Positions 43,442 to 52,235 of a stretch of DNA of 64,000 bases are shown in pieces. Source of the DNA: Bacteroidales bacterium. GTDB taxonomy: Bacteria; Bacteroidota; Bacteroidia; Bacteroidales; FEN-979. Position 1 is the first letter of the stretch; each line of letters starts with the position of its first letter. The stretch lies in the NCBI GenBank assembly GCA_030681475.1, contig JAUXWT010000055.1:4914-68913 (forward strand). The letters run 5' to 3'. Below the pieces are notes generated by a model. The model did not search any database, was not told the origin of the DNA, and saw only the letters and a program-made list of their open reading frames with translations. The translations under genes and the position numbers were made by a program.

Positions 43442-45970
43442 ATGAACCGTTATATCGCCATTTTCTTCCTTTTATTCTCCATATTGCTTTCAGAGCTCGT
43501 TAACGCACAAGATATCAACACCTTCGAGCTTGATAGCGGCTGGAAATTCCGTAGGGCAGGAACCAAAGAGTGGCTTCCGGCAAGTGTACCGGGTGTTGTT
43601 CACCTTGACCTGATGCGCAACAAAGTGATTCCCGATCCGTATTTCGGAGATAACGAGTCAAAACTTCAGTGGATCGGTGAAGTAGGATGGGAATACATGA
43701 AAAATTTCCATTATGATGAAAAAAAATTCGCCTGGCGACATATCGACTTGGTCTTGAAAGGATTGGACACTTATGCAAACGTTTATCTCAATGACTCGCT
43801 GATCCTTGTGGCCGACAATATGTTCCGCGAGTGGTATGTTGACATCAAGCAGAAACTTCATGTCGGTCCAAACACACTGCGAATCCAGTTTCCGGCTATA
43901 ATCCCCGAAAATAAGGCCCGGTATGACAAACTGCCCAATAAACTTCCGGGTGATGAAAAAGTCGTATGCCGGAAGGCAGCATATCATTTCGGTTGGGATT
44001 GGGGTCCTGAACTTGTCACATGCGGAATCTGGCGCCCGGTGTACATCCGGGAATGGAACGCGGTGAATGTGCTTGGGGTGCAGTTTATTCAGAAAAAGCT
44101 CACCGATTCAGCAGCTAACATGGCTGCCCAGTTTACCCTGTTCTCCGAACTTGACGACGCTGCAGATATCAGGATCTTTTTAGATACCACCGAAATTTTG
44201 CGCCAGGAGATTGGCTTGAATAAAGGCCCGAACGTTATCCGGGGTGATTTTTCAATTATTAACCCTCAACGATGGTGGCCCAATGGTTTGGGTAATCCAA
44301 CCTTGTACAACTTCGGATATGAGGTCTGGTTCAATGGCAGCTTGGCAGGCGAAGGGAGGCAGAAGATCGGGTTGCGCACAATAGAACTAATACAGGATAA
44401 AGATTCAACCGGCAAATCATTTTATTTTAATGTCAATGATATTCCCGTTTTCATCAAAGGCGCAAATTATATCCCGCAGGATAATTTTCTTCCCCGAGTT
44501 ACCGATAGCGATTACAGGGCGCTTATCCTGGATGTAAAACAGGCGAACATGAACATGCTGAGGGTATGGGGCGGCGGCATATACGAGAATGATATTTTTT
44601 ACGACTTATGTGATGAAAACGGCATCATGGTATGGCAGGATTTCATGTTTGCAAATTCCATGTACCCGGGAAATGTGGAGTTTCTTGATGGTGTTCGTAA
44701 TGAGGCCATCCAGAACATCGTACGGCTCCGGCGCCATCCCTGCATTGCTTTATGGTGCGGAAACAACGAGATAGATGAAGGCTGGAAAAACTGGGGTTGG
44801 CAGAAACAGTATGGGTACAGTCCTGAAGATTCTGCCGCCGTTTACAAAACGTACCGTACGATCTTCAATTACATTTTGCCCAACAATGTCAGACGGTTCG
44901 ACACGGCACGCGCCTATATCCCCACATCTCCATTGCATGGATGGGGTCGCCCTGAGAGCCTGACCGAAGGTGATTCCCATTACTGGGGCGTATGGTGGGG
45001 TAAAGAATCCTATGCGGCCTATGAGAAGAAGGTGGGCAGGTTTATGTCTGAATATGGTTTTCAGAGTTTTCCTGACTATTCTACCATTAAAAAATTCACC
45101 TCACAGGCTGACCTGTCGCTTAACTCGGCGGTGATGAAAGCACACCAGAAGCATCCCACAGGCTTTGAAACCATTGATGAGTACCTGTTGCGGGATTTTA
45201 AAAAGCCGAAGGATTTTGAATCCTATACATATGTCAGCCAACTCCTGCAGACCAGGGGCATTATTTCCGCCATAGAAGCGCATCGCAGGGCCAAACCATA
45301 CTGCATGGGTACCATGTACTGGCAGTTGAACGACTGCTGGCCGGTTGTATCCTGGTCTTCGCGTGATTATTACGGGAAAAAAAAGGCGCTTCACTATGCA
45401 ATTCCTGCAGCCTATGACAAGTTTCTGATCTCCCCGGTCATCGATGACGGCCATATAAAAGTTTATATCTCCTCTGACGATAAGGAACTGAACCAGGCGG
45501 TCATGACCGTAAAGGTGCTCGATTTTGCAGGCAACCTCTATTCTGATGAAGGATTCATGACCGCCATCCCCGGTAATTCATCCCTGGTATATTACGATAC
45601 ATTGCAATCTTCCCTGCTCGGCAACCTTGATCCGCGTGGTTTGTTGCTTCTGGTAACACTCAAAGGATTCGGCCTTTCTGAAATTGAGGTAAAAAACATC
45701 CTTTATTTCGTTTCACCGAAAGATCTGGAATTACCCCTTCCTTTGGTCGAAAAGGTTGTTACTGAAACGCCTGATGGTTACAACATCCGTCTCTCGTGCG
45801 ATAAACTCGTTAAAAACCTTTATCTCTCGACCTCTGTTAAAGGAGATTTCTCAGATAATTACTTCGACATGCTGCCCGGGGAGGCGGTGGATATACGATT
45901 CACCACTCCGAAAAAGAATCCGAAAATGGGTGAGTTGATCGTTGTGAGGAGTTTGGTGGATACATATTAA
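43442..45970 (+). CDS. GH2 family glycoside hydrolase, beta-mannosidase-like
   Basis: Signal peptide. GWKFRRAG..WLPASVPGVVHLDLM...IPDPYFGDNE, WCGNNE (acid/base context), SEYGFQSFP (nucleophile context). ~840 aa, as for beta-mannosidases. Confidence 0.75.
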   Translation: MNRYIAIFFLLFSILLSELVNAQDINTFELDSGWKFRRAGTKEWLPASVPGVVHLDLMRNKVIPDPYFGDNESKLQWIGEVGWEYMKNFHYDEKKFAWRHIDLVLKGLDTYANVYLNDSLILVADNMFREWYVDIKQKLHVGPNTLRIQFPAIIPENKARYDKLPNKLPGDEKVVCRKAAYHFGWDWGPELVTCGIWRPVYIREWNAVNVLGVQFIQKKLTDSAANMAAQFTLFSELDDAADIRIFLDTTEILRQEIGLNKGPNVIRGDFSIINPQRWWPNGLGNPTLYNFGYEVWFNGSLAGEGRQKIGLRTIELIQDKDSTGKSFYFNVNDIPVFIKGANYIPQDNFLPRVTDSDYRALILDVKQANMNMLRVWGGGIYENDIFYDLCDENGIMVWQDFMFANSMYPGNVEFLDGVRNEAIQNIVRLRRHPCIALWCGNNEIDEGWKNWGWQKQYGYSPEDSAAVYKTYRTIFNYILPNNVRRFDTARAYIPTSPLHGWGRPESLTEGDSHYWGVWWGKESYAAYEKKVGRFMSEYGFQSFPDYSTIKKFTSQADLSLNSAVMKAHQKHPTGFETIDEYLLRDFKKPKDFESYTYVSQLLQTRGIISAIEAHRRAKPYCMGTMYWQLNDCWPVVSWSSRDYYGKKKALHYAIPAAYDKFLISPVIDDGHIKVYISSDDKELNQAVMTVKVLDFAGNLYSDEGFMTAIPGNSSLVYYDTLQSSLLGNLDPRGLLLLVTLKGFGLSEIEVKNILYFVSPKDLELPLPLVEKVVTETPDGYNIRLSCDKLVKNLYLSTSVKGDFSDNYFDMLPGEAVDIRFTTPKKNPKMGELIVVRSLVDTY

Positions 45971-45999
45971 ATACCTTCGAAATATTCAAAATATCGTCC

Positions 46000-48960
46000 A
46001 TGATCAGACCTGGTTTTCAAAGAAAGATCCTGCTGCTTCTGCTTCCGATATGCATGGTGGCTGCGATAACAGGGGCTGTTCATGCACAGAATGCTCAGTT
46101 GCCCGCCAGCTTAGTCAATCCGTTTATTGGTACCGGTGGCCATGGGCATACCTTTCCGGGTGCCAGCGTTCCATTTGGCATGGTGCAACTCAGTCCCGAC
46201 ACCCGTCTTGATGGCTGGGACGGATGTTCTGCTTATCATGACAGCGATTCGGTGATCTATGGATTCAGCCACACCCACCTGAGCGGCACCGGATGCTCCG
46301 ACTACGGCGATATTCTGATCATGCCGGTTACCGGTACTGTGAACATCGGGGATTACGGATACGCATCCCCATTCAACAAAAATGATGAGGTTGCTTCTCC
46401 GGGATATTACCAGGTGCAACTTTTAAAGAATAAGGTTAAGGTTGAATTGACAGCCACCACAAGAGCAGGATTTCATCGCTACACCTATCCTGCATCAGAT
46501 CAGGCAAATATAGTATTTGACCTGAAGCATCGCGACAAGGTTCTTGAATCGGGAATGAAGATATCGGGCGTTGATGAAACAGAGGGCTTCAGGGTATCGC
46601 AGGCCTGGGCTTCAAAGCAGATGATCTACTTCGTGGCAAAGTTTTCAAAGCCTTTTAAATCACATACACTTTACTCAGGAGATCAGGTAGCGGAAAGTCA
46701 GAACGAGGTGGATGGCGACAATATAAAAGCCGCATTCCAATTTTCCACTACAGCCGGTGAACAGATCCTTGTCAAGGTGGGAATTTCGGGTGTGAGCGTC
46801 GAAGGGGCACGGAAAAACCTTGAAGCGGAAATTCCAGGTTGGGAATTCGATTCTGTGTCAAGCATGGCGTCTGCTGCCTGGAACAAGGCTTTGGGCAAGA
46901 TCAGGGTTGAAGAGGGTACACATGACCAGCATGTTGTATTTTATTCCGCACTGTATCATACGATGCTCCAGCCAAATGTTTACAGCGACATTGACGGGCA
47001 GTACCGTGGCCGCGACCTGAAAGTACACAAGGCTGACGGATTCGATTATTATACGGTATTTTCTCTCTGGGATACTTATCGTGCCGCCAACCCGCTATAC
47101 ACCATCCTGGAACCCGGACGTGTGAATGATTTTGTAAACACCTTCCTCCGGCAATACGATGAAGGCGGGATGTTGCCGGTATGGGAGCTTTCGGGCAATG
47201 AAACGGGTTGCATGATCGGATACCATGCCGTACCCGTTATCGCAGACGCATGGCTCAAGGGTATCCGTGGTTATGACGGAGAAAAAGCGCTTAATGCCAT
47301 GAAAAACAGCGCTGAGCAGGACCATCTCGGATTAAAATATTACAAATCGAAGGGGTATATCCCGGCTGACCGTGAAGGTGAATCAGTTTCCAAAACACTT
47401 GAATATGCCTATGATGATTGGTGCATTGCCATGATGGCCAAAGCGCTGGACAAGAAAGATGATTATAAAAATTATCTCATCCGTGCGCAGAATTACAAGA
47501 ACCAGTTTGATCCCATCAGCGGGTTCATGCGTGCCAAATCGAACGAAACCTGGTTCACCCCGTTCGATCCGGCTGAAGTGAATTTCAACTATACCGAAGC
47601 CAATGCCTGGCAGTATTGTTTTTATGTTCCGCAGGACCTGAGTGGCCTGATGCGGCTCTTGGGCGGGCGTGATAGTTTTGCAAAGAAGCTGGATGACCTT
47701 TTTACAGCCGATTCCAAAACGACAGGGCGAGTCCAGGCAGACATCAGCGGGCTTATTGGTCAATACGCGCATGGCAACGAGCCCAGCCACCACATGGCCT
47801 ATCTTTATGATTATGCCGGGAGCCCGTGGAAAACGCAGGAGTTGGTACACAGGATCTGTTCCGATTTTTATAAGAATACTCCCGGAGGATTAATCGGGAA
47901 TGAAGATTGTGGCCAGATGTCGGCCTGGTATGTGTTCAGTGCGATGGGCTTTTATCCTGTCACTCCGGGTTCGGGCATTTACGCCATTGGAACGCCGATA
48001 TTTCCAAAAGTCACGGTGAGTCTTGAGAATGGAAAATTTTTGGTTATCAGGGCTCCCAACGTCAGCGACCAGAATTTTTACATTCAGTCGGCAAGCCTGA
48101 ACGGAAAACCATTTACGAAATGTTATATCAGCCATGAGGAAATCCTGAAAGGCGGCGACCTCGTTTTCAACATGGGACCTCAGCCTAACAAAGCATGGGC
48201 AGTTGGATACGGCGGATTTCCTGAATCCTACATTTCAGAATATCCGGTCACCCCGGTCCCTGCCCTGCACCAGGGAAACCAAACCTTTATGGATTCGACG
48301 GTGGTGGCCCTTTCCTGCCCCTACCCGGCGGTGAAAATCCACTATACACTGGATGGCTCCGAACCGGGTCTGAGATCAAGCATATATCAGCGTCCGATCT
48401 TATTGCGGAAATCGTCCACGCTCAGGGCGTTTGCCATCAGTCAGGAGTTGAGAAGGAGTTTACCCATTGAGGCACAGTTTATCAAGATCCCAAAGAACCG
48501 TACGATCACACTGAAAACCAGTTATGCAGGCCAGTATTCAGCCGGGGGTGATCTTGCCCTTATTGACTTTCTGCGTGGAGGAGACACTTTCCATACCGGC
48601 GCCTGGCAGGGCTACGAAGGCGTTGATATTGAAGCCTTTGTTGACCTGGGAGCGGTACAACCAATCCGCAAGCTTTCCCTTGGATGCCTGCAGGACCAGG
48701 GTTCATGGATATTTATGCCATCCGAAGTTACCTGGTGGATATCTGAGGATGGTATTGATTATATAAAGATATTGACGTTGACCAATGATGTAAACGAACA
48801 TCACGCAGGCGCGATCACCAAAGAATTTACCGTATCCCTCAAAAACGAAAAAGCCCGCTATGTCAAAGTCCAGGCAAAAAACCGTGGAGTTTGCCCGCCA
48901 TGGCATCCTGGGGCGGGGGGCAAGGCGTGGGTGTTCGCTGATGAAATCACGATAGAATAA
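46000..48960 (+). CDS. GH92 family alpha-mannosidase with C-terminal CHB_HEX_C-like and discoidin-like domains
   Basis: VNPFIGTGGHGHTFPGASVPFGMVQLSPDT is the GH92 N-terminal signature. GNEPSHH. The C-terminus has VKIHYTLDGSEP. Confidence 0.85.
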   Translation: MIRPGFQRKILLLLLPICMVAAITGAVHAQNAQLPASLVNPFIGTGGHGHTFPGASVPFGMVQLSPDTRLDGWDGCSAYHDSDSVIYGFSHTHLSGTGCSDYGDILIMPVTGTVNIGDYGYASPFNKNDEVASPGYYQVQLLKNKVKVELTATTRAGFHRYTYPASDQANIVFDLKHRDKVLESGMKISGVDETEGFRVSQAWASKQMIYFVAKFSKPFKSHTLYSGDQVAESQNEVDGDNIKAAFQFSTTAGEQILVKVGISGVSVEGARKNLEAEIPGWEFDSVSSMASAAWNKALGKIRVEEGTHDQHVVFYSALYHTMLQPNVYSDIDGQYRGRDLKVHKADGFDYYTVFSLWDTYRAANPLYTILEPGRVNDFVNTFLRQYDEGGMLPVWELSGNETGCMIGYHAVPVIADAWLKGIRGYDGEKALNAMKNSAEQDHLGLKYYKSKGYIPADREGESVSKTLEYAYDDWCIAMMAKALDKKDDYKNYLIRAQNYKNQFDPISGFMRAKSNETWFTPFDPAEVNFNYTEANAWQYCFYVPQDLSGLMRLLGGRDSFAKKLDDLFTADSKTTGRVQADISGLIGQYAHGNEPSHHMAYLYDYAGSPWKTQELVHRICSDFYKNTPGGLIGNEDCGQMSAWYVFSAMGFYPVTPGSGIYAIGTPIFPKVTVSLENGKFLVIRAPNVSDQNFYIQSASLNGKPFTKCYISHEEILKGGDLVFNMGPQPNKAWAVGYGGFPESYISEYPVTPVPALHQGNQTFMDSTVVALSCPYPAVKIHYTLDGSEPGLRSSIYQRPILLRKSSTLRAFAISQELRRSLPIEAQFIKIPKNRTITLKTSYAGQYSAGGDLALIDFLRGGDTFHTGAWQGYEGVDIEAFVDLGAVQPIRKLSLGCLQDQGSWIFMPSEVTWWISEDGIDYIKILTLTNDVNEHHAGAITKEFTVSLKNEKARYVKVQAKNRGVCPPWHPGAGGKAWVFADEITIE

Positions 48961-49020
48961 TAATCGTCATTCATGTCATTTCATTCGCATATTCGTCATT
49001 CGCATATTCGGCATTCGTTA
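48961..49020 (+). repeat. Degenerate short tandem repeats (core CATTCG; 15-nt unit CATTCGCATATTCGK x2.5) directly after the GH92 stop
   Basis: CATTCGCATATTCGT (48982-48996), CATTCGCATATTCGG (48997-49011), CATTCG.. (49012-), preceded by GTCATT-containing units. Confidence 0.75.
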
Positions 49021-49039
49021 GTGATAAGCAACTGCACCA

Positions 49040-49924
49040 GTGTATAAAACAAGCCTCCGCTCAGACCTGATCCTTCTCCTCGCAGCAGTCATCTGGGGTT
49101 TTGCCTTTGTCGCCCAGCGGGTGGGGATGGATTATGTGGGCCCGTTTACCTACAATGGCGTGCGGTTTGCACTGGGGACACTCGTTCTTGTTCCATTTCT
49201 GTTCCTTAAATCCACAAAGGTTGAATCGTGGATTAAAGTCTCGAATCCTTCCGGGCGGCGAAAAATCATCATAGGAAGCCTTGTGACTGGACTACTTTTG
49301 TTCGGCGGTGTTGCCTTCCAGCAATTGGGATTACAGTACACCACGGCAGGCAAAGCGGGGTTTATAACAGGCTTGTATGTGGTGTTTGTTCCCATAGTCG
49401 GCCTGTTTTTTGGCCAGCGTTCAACGATAACCATGTGGACAGGGGCAGTACTGTCCGTAGTTGGTCTTTATCTTCTAAGCATGACGAGTGGTTTCACCAT
49501 TGCGCCAGGGGATAAACTGGTATTATACTGCGCAATAATTTTCACCTTTCATGTGCTTTTCATTGCATGGCTCTCACCACTGATGAACAGTTTCCTGCTT
49601 GCCTTCATCCAGTTTGCCATCTGCGCACTGCTCAACATGGTGGTTGCTTTTGCCATAGAGCCGGTTCAACTTGTCTCCATCATGCAGGGCTGGCTGCCTA
49701 TCGTATATGGCGGGATCTTATCGGTTGGAGTCGCCTATACACTCCAGGTGATTGCGCAGAAAACTGCCCATCCTTCCTCTGCATCGATCATTTTGAGCCT
49801 GGAAGCTGTTTTCGCGGTATTAGGCGGAACGATTCTGTTGCACGAGATACTTACCACCCGGATGTTGATCGGATGTGCGCTGATGCTGACGGGGATGATT
49901 GTGGTGCAGGTGAGAAGTAAATAG
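49040..49924 (+). CDS. EamA/DMT-superfamily transporter
   Basis: GTG start. Ten hydrophobic helices in two EamA-like halves (LLAAVIWGFAFVAQR...; ...ILSLEAVFAVLGGTILLHE). Confidence 0.8.
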   Translation: MYKTSLRSDLILLLAAVIWGFAFVAQRVGMDYVGPFTYNGVRFALGTLVLVPFLFLKSTKVESWIKVSNPSGRRKIIIGSLVTGLLLFGGVAFQQLGLQYTTAGKAGFITGLYVVFVPIVGLFFGQRSTITMWTGAVLSVVGLYLLSMTSGFTIAPGDKLVLYCAIIFTFHVLFIAWLSPLMNSFLLAFIQFAICALLNMVVAFAIEPVQLVSIMQGWLPIVYGGILSVGVAYTLQVIAQKTAHPSSASIILSLEAVFAVLGGTILLHEILTTRMLIGCALMLTGMIVVQVRSK

Positions 49925-49947
49925 TGAAATAGCGAAATGGCGAAATC
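49924..49947 (+). repeat. Three tandem 8-nt units GYGAAATN directly at/after the EamA stop
   Basis: GTGAAATA GCGAAATG GCGAAATC. The reverse complement (CATTTCGC) resembles the CATTCGC core upstream of the gene. Confidence 0.7.
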
Positions 49948-50004
49948 TGGGTGGGGAAAGGTTTTTATATTTGTGGTTTTATTATTTATTAAAAATTGAA
50001 GGGA

Positions 50005-51354
50005 ATGAAAATGAATACATTTCGTGTATTATTGTTGTTTGTTGCGGTTCTGTTCCATCCCCGGGTAATCTGGTCACAGGCCGGAACTGATGTTGCTACT
50101 GCCACATCAATTGATCCGAATCCTGCTTCTGAAACCTTTGACAAATATTTTATTGCTAAAACACTTCGTGTAGATTATCTCCTGGCCGGTGATAACCGAT
50201 CGGAGACGGCCTGTTTTGTTCAGATGAAGGAAGAACCTTACTGGGGAGGTCCGTACAAGAACCTGATTGATCCGTTCGGTTACGGAACCTATCGCTATGC
50301 GGCATACGATTCCGTATCAGCGAAACTGCTGTTCTCCCGCGGGTTCAGCACACTTTTCCAGGAATGGAAAGGAACGAATGAGGCAACGAAAATGAAGCGT
50401 GCATGGCCAATGACTGCTGTGATGCCTTTTCCGAAAAACTCCATCCGTTTTGTCATCGAGAAAAGATCCTTTGAAACCAATGAGTTTGAATTGATGTTCG
50501 AACGGTATATCGACCCCACCGATTATTTTATCAACAGGGAGAGCATCAATTCATATAAGTTAACCAAGATCAAAGATTCGGGAGAGCCGCGCAACCATGT
50601 CGATATCGCCTTCCTGGCCGAAGGGTATACCTCGATTGAAATGGATAAATTTCAAGTGGATGCCAAACGAATCTGTGACTATTTTATGTCGGTGGAACCT
50701 TATGCAAGCCATTCCGGAAAATTTAATTTTTATGCAGTAGAATCACCATCACAGGAATCGGGAGTGACCATCCCCGGGAAGGATATCTACGTGAATACCA
50801 ATATACGCAGCAGTTTTTACACCTTCAATATGGACAGGTACCTCACCACATCCGACACCAGGGCCATGTATGATATTGCCGCAAATGTTCCCTATGATCT
50901 CATTTTCGTACTTGTAAACAGCAAACGCTATGGTGGCGGCGGATTTTACAACCATTACGGACAAAGTACGGTTGACCATCAGCTTTCCAACATCGTAGCA
51001 TTGCATGAATTCGGCCATGAGTTTGCAGGGTTGGCCGATGAGTACTATACTTCTGAGATCACTTACTCCGATTATTATAATTTGAAGTTCGAGCCATGGG
51101 AGCCGAACATAACGACCAATGTGAACTTTGAATCAAAATGGGAAGAACTGGTATCTCCGGAAACACCTGTGCCCACGCCCCGGGAAGAGAAATTCAAAGG
51201 GGTTGCCGGTATGTTTGAAGGAGGCGGTTATCTTGCAAAAGGGATCTACAGCCCGGTGATGGATTGCCGCATGAAGAGCAATGAGGCGCCGGAATTCTGT
51301 CCGGCATGCGAGGAAGCGATCAGGAGGATGATTTTGTTTTATACAGACAATTAA
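50005..51354 (+). CDS. M64-family (IgA-peptidase-like) zinc metallopeptidase
   Basis: Signal peptide. ALHEFGHEFAGLADEY (HExxH...DEY). N-terminal LRVDYLLAGD region. The ORF opens with TTG at 49996, and the first ATG is at 50005. Confidence 0.75.
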   Translation: MKMNTFRVLLLFVAVLFHPRVIWSQAGTDVATATSIDPNPASETFDKYFIAKTLRVDYLLAGDNRSETACFVQMKEEPYWGGPYKNLIDPFGYGTYRYAAYDSVSAKLLFSRGFSTLFQEWKGTNEATKMKRAWPMTAVMPFPKNSIRFVIEKRSFETNEFELMFERYIDPTDYFINRESINSYKLTKIKDSGEPRNHVDIAFLAEGYTSIEMDKFQVDAKRICDYFMSVEPYASHSGKFNFYAVESPSQESGVTIPGKDIYVNTNIRSSFYTFNMDRYLTTSDTRAMYDIAANVPYDLIFVLVNSKRYGGGGFYNHYGQSTVDHQLSNIVALHEFGHEFAGLADEYYTSEITYSDYYNLKFEPWEPNITTNVNFESKWEELVSPETPVPTPREEKFKGVAGMFEGGGYLAKGIYSPVMDCRMKSNEAPEFCPACEEAIRRMILFYTDN

Positions 51355-51360
51355 ATCTGC

Positions 51361-51383
51361 AATCGCTAATCGTCCAATCGTAA
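51361..51383 (+). repeat. Short degenerate tandem repeat AATCGNN(N) between convergent genes
   Basis: AATCGCT AATCGTC CAATCGT, starting 7 nt after the TAA at 51352-51354. Confidence 0.55.
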
Positions 51384-51402
51384 ATACCTGATATAACAAT
51401 AT

Positions 51403-52077
51403 TTAGTTCGTCAACCTCACCGCATATCCAATCGTTATCCCGCCCGAAATCGTTCTGCCGATGGTAAATGCATCTTCAAGCACATCGCTTATTCCGTGGA
51501 AATAGGTCACTTTGAGCATAATATCTCCCGGGCCCAGTTTGTAACTCAACCCGGCTTCACCCACCCAACTTAGCTCCACTTCACTGAAACGTGTAAAAGG
51601 CATGAAAAACCGGTAGTACGGTCCTGAAAAAAGCGCTCCCGGATTGGGTCTTCCAATGGCAAAATCTACCTTTGGCCCGGTAGCTATCTGCAAGCCGAAT
51701 TTACTTTGGTTAAAATGGAAACGGTATCCGATGAGTGATGATAATCCTATGTAATTTTGCCTGGCAGCCGTTTGCCAGGGCCACCCGACGGAATCTGTGA
51801 AGGTCACATTTGCCAATCCTTTGTTGCTGTAACTGAAACCCGTTGACAAATAAAAGTTCTTTCCGAGGTCCACATCCACATGAATGGCCGTCAAAACCGA
51901 GCCGACATTTGTCCTGAACGACATGGAATCAAGCAAATAATCCATTCGCCCGATGCGCTCATATTCTGCAATTCGAGTATGTGTTCCGAGAAACCCAGCC
52001 TGGATGCCGATTAAATTTTGTGAAATCAGTTGGAATGAAATACAACTTAAAAAAAGGATAAGGATCAGTTTTTTCAT
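51403..52077 (-). CDS. Outer-membrane beta-barrel (porin-family-like) protein
   Basis: Signal peptide MKKLILILFLSCISFQLISQ. Alternating beta-strand pattern, ~220 aa. Confidence 0.6.
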   Translation of the reverse strand: MKKLILILFLSCISFQLISQNLIGIQAGFLGTHTRIAEYERIGRMDYLLDSMSFRTNVGSVLTAIHVDVDLGKNFYLSTGFSYSNKGLANVTFTDSVGWPWQTAARQNYIGLSSLIGYRFHFNQSKFGLQIATGPKVDFAIGRPNPGALFSGPYYRFFMPFTRFSEVELSWVGEAGLSYKLGPGDIMLKVTYFHGISDVLEDAFTIGRTISGGITIGYAVRLTN

Positions 52078-52235
52078 GCGCAGGGCCGTTTGAATGAATT
52101 GGTTGGATTCAGAATCTGGATTACCAGCGCAAATGTACGGAAGTTTGGTGAAATCATATTGTTAACTTATCAGTCACCGCCAGTGATGAGGTTGTCTGCG
52201 CAAGACAAAGGTTGTGCAAAAGGTCACCCAACTAT

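Noticed and set aside
48961-49020. Short tandem repeats considered as a possible CRISPR array (also 28160..28204)
   Set aside because: Units are 7-15 nt with no unique spacers, and there are no cas genes. Not CRISPR.
48973-49047. 24-codon His-rich ORF (MSFHSHIRHSHIRHSLVISNCTSV) upstream of, and overlapping, the EamA start, considered as an attenuator-type leader peptide
   Set aside because: The His codons are simply the CAT of the CATTCG repeat. Similar repeats occur after other stop codons with no ORF context, and no terminator/antiterminator structures are evident.
52192-52208. Small hairpin TTGTCT-GCGCA-AGACAA downstream of the kinase gene, considered as a terminator
   Set aside because: Only a 6-bp AT-containing stem with no U-tract on the relevant strand. 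Too weak to list as a feature.
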